Positions 43,689 to 55,200 of a stretch of 64,000 bases of DNA are shown piece after piece; the first letter of the stretch is position 1, and the number at the start of each line of letters is the position of its first letter. The position numbers were made by a program, and so were the translations under genes. This DNA is from the human T2T-CHM13v2.0 reference genome, Homo sapiens, in assembly GCF_009914755.1 (NCBI RefSeq), contig NC_060931.1. One strand, 5' to 3'. Below the pieces are notes generated by a model. That model ran no database searches. It saw only the letters and a program-made list of their open reading frames with translations, and had not been told where the DNA came from.

Positions 43689-44082
43689 TGCTATGCTTTG
43701 AATGTTTTGTCCCTTCTGAAAATCATGTAGAAACTTATCTCCAATGTGGCAGTATTGGGAGGTGGGGCCTTTAAGAAGGGATTGGGTCATGAGAGCTTTC
43801 ATGGATTAATGGATTAATGGGTTATCACAAGAGTGGGGCTGGTGGCTTTATAAGAAGACAAAGAGAGAAATGAGCTAGCACGCTCAGCTCCCTCACCATG
43901 TGTTGCCTAGAGCAACCCTGGGACTCTGCAGAGTCGCCAACAGCAAGAAGGCCCGCACCAGATGCTGCCTCGACCTTGGAGCTGGTCCCAGCCTCCAGAA
44001 CTATAAGAAATAACTTTCTTTCCTTTATAAATTACCTAGTTTTAGGTATTCTGTTATAAGCAACAGAAAACAGACTAAGATA
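43689..44082 (+). mobile_element. MSTB-like (MaLR) solo LTR
   Basis: 'tgctatgctttgaatg...ggattaatggattaatgggttatc...ggtattctgttataagcaacagaaaacagactaaga'. Confidence 0.88.
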
Positions 44083-46540
44083 ACCTTTACTTCTTCAACC
44101 TCCTCTCTTACTCCTCCACTCCCAGCTCACTGATGTACAGCCACATTGACTTCTCAGCTCTTTCCTGAACACATCAGGTATATCCCCACCTCAAGAATCT
44201 GCCCTACCCGGTCCTTCAGCCTGAACTGCTCACTTCTCCTCAACAGCCCCTTGGCTCACACCCTCACCTTTCACAAATGTTTTCTCTCATCACACTTTTC
44301 CAGTGAAGCCTACCCTGAACCCTATTTCAAATTGCAACCTGCCCCACTCCAGCCCCAGCAGTCCCTAAAGCCCTGTCCTACTTTTTCCCTTTTTAAAAAA
44401 ATTGTTTTTAAACACACTATAAAATTTACTTATTAAAATAACTTGTTTTCTGTCTCTTCCTGCTGGAATAGGAATTTCATGAAGATTAGGTTTTTCATTT
44501 TTTCCACCAGTGTATGCAATTGCCTAGAGCCTGTCTGGCACATGGCACATGTTTGAATGAGTGTGCAAGTGAGTGAGCGACTGAATAGAATGCAGAATAG
44601 AATGAATCATGCATAGCTTTCTGCTTAAAGGAAACTTTCATCATGCTTTAAATAGATAACAGTTGTGGGCCATGTGAGTTCTCACACAGTGCATGGAGCC
44701 AAGGTTTATAAAACTCAAAGGTCTGCACCAGACAACAATCGAGCCAGGTTTCCATTTCAGGCAGGCACATGGCACCCTGTCCAGCCAGCCCCTCCTGCTC
44801 CGTAGTCACTTGCAAAAATTCAAAAGCAGCAACTATTGGAATTACAATGAAGATTTCTTTTTGTTTTCAATTCCAGAAATAATTGGATTAAATACCCATT
44901 TATTATAGATTTAATAATATCACAATGCCGATCTTATTTTCAGATGAACTAGTCATTACAAGTTACTATATGACGCCTCTTCAAAACAGGCATTCAATGA
45001 TTGCTTGCTAGCAGAATTTGGGTTAAATATGAAGTCTGTTTATCCTGAACTGAAAAAGCCTTGTAGTTATTCATATCACTTTGCCCATCAAACTTATCCA
45101 AACAAGCATTCTCTAAAAATTTCGTTCAAGTTAAAATATAGAAATGGATTAAATAAAGAGTTGAACTAAGGCTATCTCATTTATTTCATTAAGCCCAAAT
45201 TGAATGATTTAATTTCACCAATATAACATCAATTATTATATTACATTATGGTCATTAATGTGATTTTTTTATACTTATATTTAAGTTTTGTTTTAGTTTT
45301 GTGGTTAAGAGCCATGCTTATAAGAGCATTTATACCTAGTTTCATGTTTGTCATAAAAACTGAGTCCTAGCAGGTCTCTATCTGTTATTTACCAGAATTT
45401 GGGACAAATTCCACAAGGAAAGTCATAAGGAATAGGCATTACTGAGAAGAAAAAAAAAGTAACAAGGTTGGATTAAGAAAAGAAAAGGCAAAGAGATCAC
45501 CCATGTTCCCATCACTCCATAGAGAGGAAGCCCAGGGCCAGCCAGAACGTGATGGATACACGATGGGGCTTGTGTCCCAGTGCAGGGGCCCTTTCCCATG
45601 CGGAAGTTCCTCCTTAAAGAGCAAGTATGCAAATGTTGTCTTGTCAATGGGGAGATAACCCCAGCAGGGTGCCAGCAGCTGGGATATGGATGCCAGCTAT
45701 TTGCAGGAGTGGTCTGGAAAGGATAGTTCAGGCCCTGCCATCAAAAGAAGGAAGTTGCTGGTCCCAAGGGAAAGGGGGATCCCTGGTCCCTGTTTGCTCA
45801 TTGCCCAGGCAACACAGCATGCAAGCATGATGATTCTACTTGGTGTATCACTGTGTTTGACATATTTTAAATAACAGTATAATAAAAATCATTTAAATCA
45901 GTAACAGATGTTTGTTACTTTCCTTTAATAAGTTCTACACAAAACTCAAGTTTTTAAATGTTGTTGGATAAGCAATGGCATTTGGTGGGATGCCAAATGC
46001 CATTGGTGTTTACTGAAAAATAGCCTCATCCCACCAAGATATCTTAGTTTACTATCAGCAAGTATTTTAGGAGACCTGATTACTATACTATGTAAGACCA
46101 AGTAAATCCTTCACTTCAGGGAACTGCATTTTTGGGATCTGGGTTAAGTGTATAGTGGAAATAAGCCCCTTGGCTATTTTCTCCTTAGTGGTAGAGGTAT
46201 ATTCCTTAGAGAGTTCCTCAAAGGCTTCAAGGTTTTCCAAAGATCAAACTAATGACAATCCACAGCATTGTCAGATAGGAGTTGATCCACCTCTAGCTTC
46301 AGATTCAAACATAGCACGTCCTATAGTGCAGTCAGTGAAGAATGAATATTTTTCCCTTGCCACATGGCATTGCCATCAGCTTAACCAAAGACCAGATCTT
46401 CTTATACCACCTGCTCACTGACCAGGTAAGGGCTGTGAAATCAATGAAACTGGCGGTCTCTGAATTCAGCTGTTTTTGTTTGTTTTGAAAAATAATCACT
46501 CTTCAAAAATGATGTCTATATGTATGACAGATAAAAATCT

Positions 46541-46681
46541 TTTTTTAAAAAATAAATGATTTATGTAGAGACAGTGTCTCTATATTGCCCAGGCTGGTCT
46601 CAAACTCCTGGCCTCAAGCGATCTTTCTGCCTTGGCCTCCCAAAGTATTGGGATTATAAGAGTGAGCCATCATGTCCAGAC
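46541..46681 (-). mobile_element. FLAM / Alu left monomer
   Basis: Single monomer; TSD tatgacagataaaaatct / tatgacagatgaaaatct. Confidence 0.88.
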
Positions 46682-47229
46682 TATGACAGATGAAAATCTT
46701 AAAGGATAATTTTACCTCTTTTTGTGCTTCAGTTAGACATATTAAGGGATTATTTCAGTATCCAAAAGCTAGGACACTTAAAGTTGAGATGACCAACTGC
46801 AAGTCCAATTAGTTGAAGATGCATTGGCTTAGTTCCAGGAATTGGTACAACTTTTGCATTTCCTGAAGAAGCAATTATCTTCTTCATGGGGCATAATCCA
46901 CTTCTTTGTTCATTTTTTCACACTGCTGATCAAGGAAAGTTTTGTGGAATTAACTAGAGTTCATTTGAAGTCATTTTACCTTTCTCAGGAAGCTTTGTTG
47001 GAGGCCACACTCTATGATTACTTTGCACTTTATAAGCAAGAACTTTTCCATGAAGACCTCTCAGGATTTCCTTTTCTTTCCTTTATATGTTTAGTGTGTT
47101 TTAGAATAACATACTACAGCTGATAATGCAACCTAGATGACAGATAATCTCTCTAGCAGAGAAGTCAACTTTAGTTTCCAGCCAAGAGGAGCCATCCCTG
47201 TGGGTGGGCATTGATCAAGAAAGAGCTTG

Positions 47230-47445
47230 CTTAATTTGGAGAGCCTTTTGGCAGTTTACAAAGCTCTTTCTCCTATGATTCCTTTTTTTCCCCTTCCAAC
47301 AACCCTGGAAAAAAATCTATTGTTATTCCCATTGCAAGGATGTGGCTAATCAAGCTTAGAGAAGTTGAAGCCCAGCCAGGTAATGAGTTAAAAATGAGGG
47401 AGGAATTGATGTCTTCTGCTCATGAATCCTGTGCACTTCCCAACA
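47230..47445 (-). mobile_element. MIR fragment
   Basis: 'caacaaccctg...tattgttattcccattgca...gcttagagaagttgaa'. Confidence 0.6.
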
Positions 47446-48026
47446 TATCACCCCCTCCTTAAGATACGAGGCGTGGGGTGAAGATAGCTCTTCCTAACAG
47501 CTGCCACACCCCCATAGGTCACAGACTCATGATGGCTTCCAATGGTAGGAGTTTGAAATATGCCAGGCAATAATCTCATAGACAAGGTGAGTACCACTCC
47601 ACTTGGAAAATGTGTTGAGGAAAATGTGTTGAAGTGAAAAATAAGGCCATTATTTAAAAATACCCTGAAGGTTTACAGTACTTAAAATTCTATTTTTAAA
47701 AATCATTTATTGTTTTCATTATTAATCTACTCTAGTAGTATTCGAATTTCCCCTGAAGGATTTCTGGTACAGAAAAAGATTGATTTACAAAACCAAAAAT
47801 AAATCACATGCAAATTAATATTAAATATTGTCAGTATGGTTTCTGATATATAGAAGTTTTGTGGCCCTTGGGCCATAAATGCCTTTTACCAGTCAGCAGG
47901 AGACTAAAGAAAACAAAATTTTCTTTAGTCTTTCTTTAGTCTTAAATCTTTTCTAAAGAAAATCTTTTCTAAAGAAAAGATTTAAAGGAAGCAAAAGGAA
48001 TGCTTTTTAAATCCAATGGCTCTCAG

Positions 48027-48422
48027 CAGGGTCAGAACTAATAATTTAATATTATTATTATATATTTTCCTTTTTTTATTTGCTTTTTTTTGGTTTTTTA
48101 ATTTTAATTTTATTTTTTTATTTTCAAGAAAAATAATATTTTAATCTGATCTGGAAAATCAAATGAATGCAAAAAATTCATGATGAATCAAATATAAAAA
48201 TTTTAAATGAAAACTGGATAGGTTACTGATTTTTCCTTTTACTACAAGCTCAAATATGGCTCAACACAGCACCATTACTGATCCTCTCTATTTAGAATTT
48301 TTATATTTTGTCCAACATGAATTTTTTTATTTGAGTTTTTTAAAAATATTGCATTAAAATATTATTTACAAATTTTGCACCCAAGCCAGGTGCCTACTCA
48401 CCTCACCGTCGTCCTGGCCCTA
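48027..48422. mobile_element. MER96B-like hAT-Tip100 MITE
   Basis: Termini cagggtc / ggcccta; 8-bp TSD gctctcag (48019-48026) / gctctcaa (48423-48430); internal long inverted repeat as recalled for MER96B. Confidence 0.8.
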
Positions 48423-49649
48423 GCTCTCAACACACAATCTCCATCCCTGGACACTTACATCAGAAATAACCTTTGGGTTCTTCAGATCATCATGTACTTG
48501 GATATGTTAACAGCCCTTTGAGAGCCCCTCTACCCACCAGGGCCCCTTGTTGCAACTAAAACTGTGTCCTGTTAGACACAGACACTGAGGGAGCCAAACC
48601 AGCAGCAGACAAGTAACAAATGTCTCTCCCCTCAGATTCCCCATGGTCTAAAGAATGCATAATTCCCACAACCCGGAAGCATTGCATGGCTCAGCTATGT
48701 ATTTCTTTCGACGACTTTATTCATGAAAATGCAAACAGATTGAGGACTAAGCACACAAACAAATACTGCACCTCTACATATTCAGTAAAAAGGATTAAAA
48801 AATGATTTCAGTAAATGTCCTATTTTTTAGAGTCTTGAAGGAATATCCAACTCAGCTAGTCTCTCAGAGACCAACTTGCAGGAGAATCTCACACAGGGCA
48901 GTGTGATGAACACCACAGAGCTGACATGGAGCTCCAGCCACATAGACCACCTAGCTTCTGGGACACAAGGGGACAAGAGAAGGGGCATTTACTCAGCTTC
49001 TGAGCTGCATGTGTCCAGCACTGTCAGGACCCTCTGCCTCTGAGGGTATGTAATTGAGGGAATGGGGGAAGTGGAAATTTCAGAATGCATGGTTAATAGA
49101 GCTGAGTGGGCAAGATTGTAAGAGCAGAATTTGATGGATATGAGAGCCTTGACTGAGGGAGCACTTATAGGAGGAGATGAATTGGCAGTAAGACAAGAAG
49201 AGGGGCATGCCTCGTGGTAGACACCTGATGGCTGGAACCCACTGACAGTAGACCACTGACTGCCAAAGGTCCAGGTGAATGCAGTCATTGAGGACCTTGC
49301 TTCCCACCCTCCTGGTCCTTTCTGGACAATATTCCCTCCCACCACTATAATTATTGGATCATGGTGGAAATGAGAGCATTGGGTAGCATTTGACACATGG
49401 GCTGAAGGAGGGATTACAAGAGCACAGCAAGACCCCAGGAGGCCAATGGGCTATGGCCCTCTCAGCTCAGGCATTGTGCGGCAAGCTGCTAAGGGGCTGT
49501 GCTTGGCGCTTGGGCAATTCTTCTGGCCAAGCTTGGAACCTGCATGTTTCCAGTGACCCCAAGTGAGAGGAAGGCAAAAACACTGGGTAACACAACAGTC
49601 CAGATGGGGAGCCTCAGGATTAACTTGTGTATGCTGCCTCGCCTCTGTC

Positions 49650-50880
49650 CCACAGCAACCTACAAGATAGGAATTGCTGTCCCTAAATTACAGAGGATGA
49701 AGCAAGCAAGTTCAGAAAGATTTGTCAGCTTGTCTAAAGTAATGCAATAAATAAGCAGTCTCCAAGTCACATGGATAATCTCTTGGGCATTTTCTCTCTC
49801 AGCCATGGAGGCTATAAAAGGAAGAATCACTGCTTTTCTCAAGCAAATCGGTTTCTTGATGTCTTTTGGTTCTCACTCCTTGCCTGTTCCTGATGCTTTG
49901 ACCCCTTTTATAGATCAGGGTGCTCTAGAATAATGGATGGTCTTGGGTGGTGAGTTAAAGTGGATAAATAGGGACAGGGACGGTTAAATTGGAAGCCTTT
50001 CTTACAACGTTGATGGTTTTTTCCCCCTCAAGTTTCCTTTTCCACTGAAATGCCACAGCAATGCTTGTTCGATTTATGAGGTGGCCAGACTAATGTGTTG
50101 TTTTTTCTTTTTCTTCTTTTTTTTTTTTTTTTTAAGTTTCCCTTGAGAGAATAAATGGTAATGGAGAGAACTATTTAGAAAGGTCCTGGTTTCTCTTGCA
50201 ACACAGTAGCTAAACCTGCCTGATTTTACGTGCGTTTTTGTAAGGGTCAGCTTGTTAGACAGTATTAGCAGAGAAATGACACCTTGATCTTGGTTTGCAA
50301 GCACTTCTCCCATCAGTCCCAGATTAGGCCATGCAGGGGTGTTGGTTTATGCATGCTGCAGCAGTGGGCATAATGAATATAATTTACCCAGTAGACAAAG
50401 GTGTGTACCAAGTGAATTTAAATAATTGGTGTGGATTGACTAGTAGCTAAGAAGTGGGTTTTTAAAGAGATACTAAAGATTGAAAAAATTTTTTTTAAGA
50501 AAGAAAAAAATATTGATTGTAGATAATGAAAAGCTAGGGTTTGCCCTCTTCATGTCTACTTGCCTTCCAAATAGTTATATCCAAAACTGTTTTTCCCTCT
50601 CCCCTACCTTGCCCTCCTGTTAAAATAGAAATTGGGATTAATATCCTACTCCTGAATACATGTAAAATTTGTACAAAAATATCTTCTGTGAAAATGATTT
50701 GTAATCTGTAGACTTATTACCTAGGAGATGTCTTGAGATGTAAAATCCCATCCTTTGGGTTGTGGGTTTTTTGTCTTCTCCAAATAAATCTGATCTTTAA
50801 AAAGAAAAAAAAATAAGTTGTTGAAATGAGAACCCAATACAATCTGTTTGACCTCAAAGATCGTGGTCTTTCCACCAAAT
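49650..50880 (-). mobile_element. MIR split by the retrocopy (two halves: ~49650-49755 and ~50811-50880)
   Basis: Left: 'cacagcaacctacaagatagg...tccctaaattacagaggatgaagca...cttgtctaaagt'; right: 'gagaacccaatacaatctgtttgacctcaaag'. Confidence 0.6.
49753..50810 (+). pseudogene. EIF4B: 5'-truncated processed retrocopy containing only the distal 3'UTR of EIF4B
   Basis: About 1.05 kb colinear with the EIF4B 3'UTR as I recall it ('ttctcaagcaaatcggtttcttgatgtcttttggttctc...gtaaaatcccatcctttgggttgtgggtttttt...ctccaaataaatctgatctttaaa'); AATAAA at 50783-50788, A-rich tail to ~50810, TSD aaataag (49749-49755 / 50811-50817). Retrocopy structure is directly visible; parent identity is from memory. Confidence 0.85.
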
Positions 50881-51534
50881 GACACAGCCTTCAAAACTTC
50901 TATTTCAAAAGTATTTAAAACATAAACAAATACTTAAGCTAGCAAAGGCATCTGAGACTTGAGAATTCTTGCAAGCAAAGAACAACAACAAAAAAATTGA
51001 GCACCAAACTGTCAAGAAGTCAATAAAACTCAATGGCCTCAAACTAGACTGATACACAAAGTAAAAGATACTAAAGATGCTTGAAAATGCTTTGCATTCA
51101 CAATAACCTTGATTTCAACAATGGAAAGACACCAACTTTGTTACCAATTCAAAGATACCGACTCAGAATGTAAAAGAAATAAAGGTAATAGGATATCACC
51201 AAAGTTTTGCTCTGTAGCCTGTATTTTGCAGGTTATTTTCCCGTGAATGATTTTAAAGCTTTGCTCTTGTTTTACAAACACATTTTATTGCCTTCAGGTT
51301 GGAATCAAGCACCAAATATACAAACCACAGATATGTTTAGACGTTGGACTGAAGAATTTGATATTTCAGGGATTTCACAGTCACATTCCCCGAATCTAAT
51401 TTTATAAAACAGAAAATCAACATTTTATCTTATGATTTGGGCATAAATAAGGTTTAATTTTTATTATTAGCAAGGAGGATGAATTAAACTGGGTAATGTT
51501 TCAATTAAAAAGTGAACAAAGTATATGGCAGCCA

Positions 51535-51960
51535 TGAAAATTCATTTTGCAGCCTCTAAGTACATGGAACACATTTGAGCAAGAGCCCAGCCACTCATTT
51601 TTAAATTCATTGCCATGTTTGACCCAAAGCAACACTTCCCATGGGCTGTTCCCAGCCAGCAGCTGAGTACAGCAGGGACAGCCCCATTCTGGGGAGACAT
51701 AACACTCTTTGACAGCCAACTGTGCCTCAAGGACCCCTTGAGTCTTGCTGAACCTTCATTATTGCCACATGGGGTCTAGGATGTCTCCCATCCAGTCATT
51801 CTTCTCTCTCTCCTTCATTCAGGGCCAGGATTGCAATGCAGTCTGACAGCTCTTTCAGCTTTTCCCAGCTCTCTCTCCACTTCCTATTTTATAACTCAAT
51901 AAAATCCTTGCATGTTTAATCCTTTCTTGGTGTCTGCTTCTCAAAAGACATACATTCACA
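51535..51960 (+). mobile_element. ERVL LTR (LTR16-like)
   Basis: 'cttcccatgggctgttcccagcca', 3' end 'caataaaatccttgcatgtttaatcctttcttggtgtctgcttctc'. Confidence 0.7.
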
Positions 51961-52213
51961 TCAAACAAAAGTAAAAACTGTGATAACTTATTTTCTTGAA
52001 TTTTGTATTTATTTCTGAAGTTTTAGAGCTTAATTTAGTACCTTTTACATAGTACTTAATCGAATTGGTAAAAAAAGGATATTCATTTTATCAATGAATA
52101 TCATAGTAAAAAATGTGTGAAATATGTAGCTTCCAATCACACACCAAATTTTACATATTTGTGATCTTCCTTTTTTATGACATTTTATTCATGGAGGATA
52201 AGATATACCTCTA

Positions 52214-55200
52214 GGATGGGAGATGGCTGAATAGAAGCCTTCGCTAGTCATTCCCCCCACAGGAACACCAAATTGATCAACTATTCACACACAAAAAAAG
52301 TACCTTCATAAGAACCAAAAATCAGGTGAGTGATCACAGTACCTGGTTTTAATTTCATATCACAGAAAGAGGCATTGAAGAGGGTAGGAAAGACAGTCTT
52401 GAATCACTGGCACTACCCCTCCCCATCCCCCAGCAGTGGCTGCATGGTACAGAAACAGAATCTGTGTGCTTGGGGAAGTGACAGCACAGTGATTGTGGGA
52501 CTTTGCTTTGGAACTCAGTGCTGCCCAGTCACAGCAGAAAACAACACCAGGCAGAACTCAGCCAACACTCTCGGAGGTAGCATTTAGACCAGCCCCAACC
52601 AAAGGGGAATAGTCCATCCCAACAGTCTGAACTTGAGTTTCGGTGAGCCTCGCCACCACAGGCTAAAGTGCTGTGGGGACATAAATAAATTTGAAAGGCA
52701 GTCTAGGCCACGAGGACTGCAACTCCTAGGCAGGTCCTAGTGCTGTGCTGGGCTCAGACCCAGTGAACTTGTGGGGCATGTGACCTAGTGAGACACCAAG
52801 CCGGGGTGGCCAAGGGAGTGCTTGTGCCTCCCCACCCCCAACCCCAGGTAGCACAGCTTGCAGCTTCAAAAGACACTCCTTCCTTCTGCTTAATGAGAAG
52901 GAAGAGTAAAGAGGGCTTTGTCTTGCAACTTGGATTCCAGCTCAGCCACAGTAGGATCTGGCACTGGACAGGGACCTGAGGCACTCATTCCAGGCCCTAA
53001 CTCCCAGATACATTTCTAGACATTCCCCAGGCCAGAAGGGAGCCTTCTGCCTTGAAGGAAAGAACCCAGTACTGACAGAACTCATAACCTGCTGACTGAA
53101 GAGCCCTTGGACCCTAAATAATCAGCAGCAATAATGAGATAGTACACACCATGGGCCTTGAGAGAGACTCTGAGACATGCTGGCTTCAGATGTGACCCAG
53201 TACATTCCTAGTTGTGATGGCTATGGAGAAATACTCCTTCTTCTAGAGAAAAGAAGAGGGAAGAGTAAAGGGGACTTTTTCTTGCAGTTTAGGTACCAGT
53301 TTGGTCACAGTAAGGTAGAGTACTAAGCAGGCTCTTGGAATCATTGATTCTAGTCCTTGGCTCTTGGGTGGCATTTTTGGACTGCCCTGGGCCAAAAGGG
53401 AGTCCACTATTCTGAAAGGTGAGTCCCAGGCCTGGAAGCATTCACCACAAGCTGACTGAAGAGCCCTTGGGCCTTGAGTGAACACTGGTAGTAGCCTAGC
53501 AGGACTCCTCATGGGTGTGTGGTGGTGGTGGCCATGGGAAGATACTCCTCTGCTTGTCGCAAGGGAAGGGAAGAGTGGGAAGGACTTTGTCTTGTGGTTT
53601 TGGTGCCAGCTCAGCCACAGTAAAATAAAGCATCAGGTAGATTCCTAAGGTTTCCGACTCCAGGCCCTTGTTCCCAGATGGCATCTCTAAACCTGCCCAG
53701 GACTAGGAGGAACTCACCACCCCAAAGGAAAGGATGCAAGCCTGGCTGGCTTTACCTGAAGCTGACTGTAGAGCCCTAGGGCCTTGAGCAAACATAGGCA
53801 GGAGTGAGGTAGTGGTTACAGTGGGCCTTGTGTGAGACCCAGTGCTATGCTGGTTTCAGGTCCAAACCAATGCAGTTCCAGCAGTGGTGGCCACAGGGGT
53901 GCTTGTGTCACCATTCCCCTAGCTCCAGGCAGCTCAGCACAGAAAGAGAGACCCCATCTATTTGAGACAAAGTAAGGGAAGAGAATGAGAGTCTTTGCCT
54001 GGGCATCCAGAGAATTCCTCTGGATCTTATCCAAGACCACTAAGGCAGTACTCCTATGAGTCTAAAAGACCCACAGCATTACTGGGCTTGGGGTGCCCCT
54101 TAATGCAGATATGACTGCAGTGACCAAAAACGTAGATCACAACACCCAAGTACCTTCAAATACCTGGAGAGCCTTTCCAAGAAGGACAGGTACAAACAAA
54201 CTCAGACTGTGAAGACTACAATACCTAACTCTTCAGTACTCAGACACTGATAAATATCCACAAGCATCAAAACCATCTGGGAAAACAAAATCTCACCAAA
54301 TAAACTAAATAAGGCACCAGAAACCAATCCTGGAGAGACAGTGATATGTGACCTTTTAGACAGAGAATTCGAAATAGCTGTTTTAAGGAAACTCAATGAA
54401 ATTTAAGATAACACAGAGAAGGAATTCAAAATCCTATTGATAAATTTAATAAAGAGATTGAAATAATTTAAAAGAATCAAGCAAAAATTCTGGGGTTGAA
54501 AAATGCAATTGATATACTGAAGAATGCATCAGAGAACTGATCAAGCAGAAGAAAGAATTAGTGAGCTTGAAGATAGGTTATTTGAAAATACACAGTTAAA
54601 TTGTCATCAGTTTAAAATAATGGGTTATAAGATATTATTTGCAAGCCTCATAGTAACCTCAAATTTAAAAAAACATACAATGAATACACAAAAACTAAAA
54701 AAAAAGAAATTAAAATACATCACCAGAGAAAATTACTTTCATTAAAAGGAAGACAGGAAGGGAGGAAAGAAGTAAGAGAAGACCACAAAACAACTAGAAA
54801 ACAACACAATGGCAGGAGTAAATTCTTACTTATTAATAATAACATTGTATGTAAATGGACTAAACTCTCCATTCAAAAGACACAGTTTCTGAATGGATTA
54901 AAAAAAAAAACCCAATGATCTGTTGCCTACAAGAAACATACTTCACCTATAAAGACACACATAGACTGAAAATAAAGGGATGGAAAAACATATTCCATGC
55001 AAATAGAAACCAAAAAACAACAGTAGTAGTTATACTTACATCAGACAAAATAGATCTCAAGACAAAAACCATAAAAAGAGACAAGGAGGTCTCTTTATAA
55101 TAGTAAAGAGGTCAATTCAGGAAGAGAATATAACAATTATAAGTATATATGCACTCAACACTGGAGGACCCAGACATATTAAGCAAATATTATTAGAGCT

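Noticed and set aside
45655-45680. CTCF-like words (ccagcagggtgcc; also near 20702, 33093 and 59574)
   Set aside because: Each mismatches core consensus positions; not distinguishable from chance by eye.
46830-47060. Minus-strand peptide 'KTFLDQQCEKMNKE' faintly like RTE-clade LINE ORF
   Set aside because: Match too short and interrupted by stops to support without a profile search.
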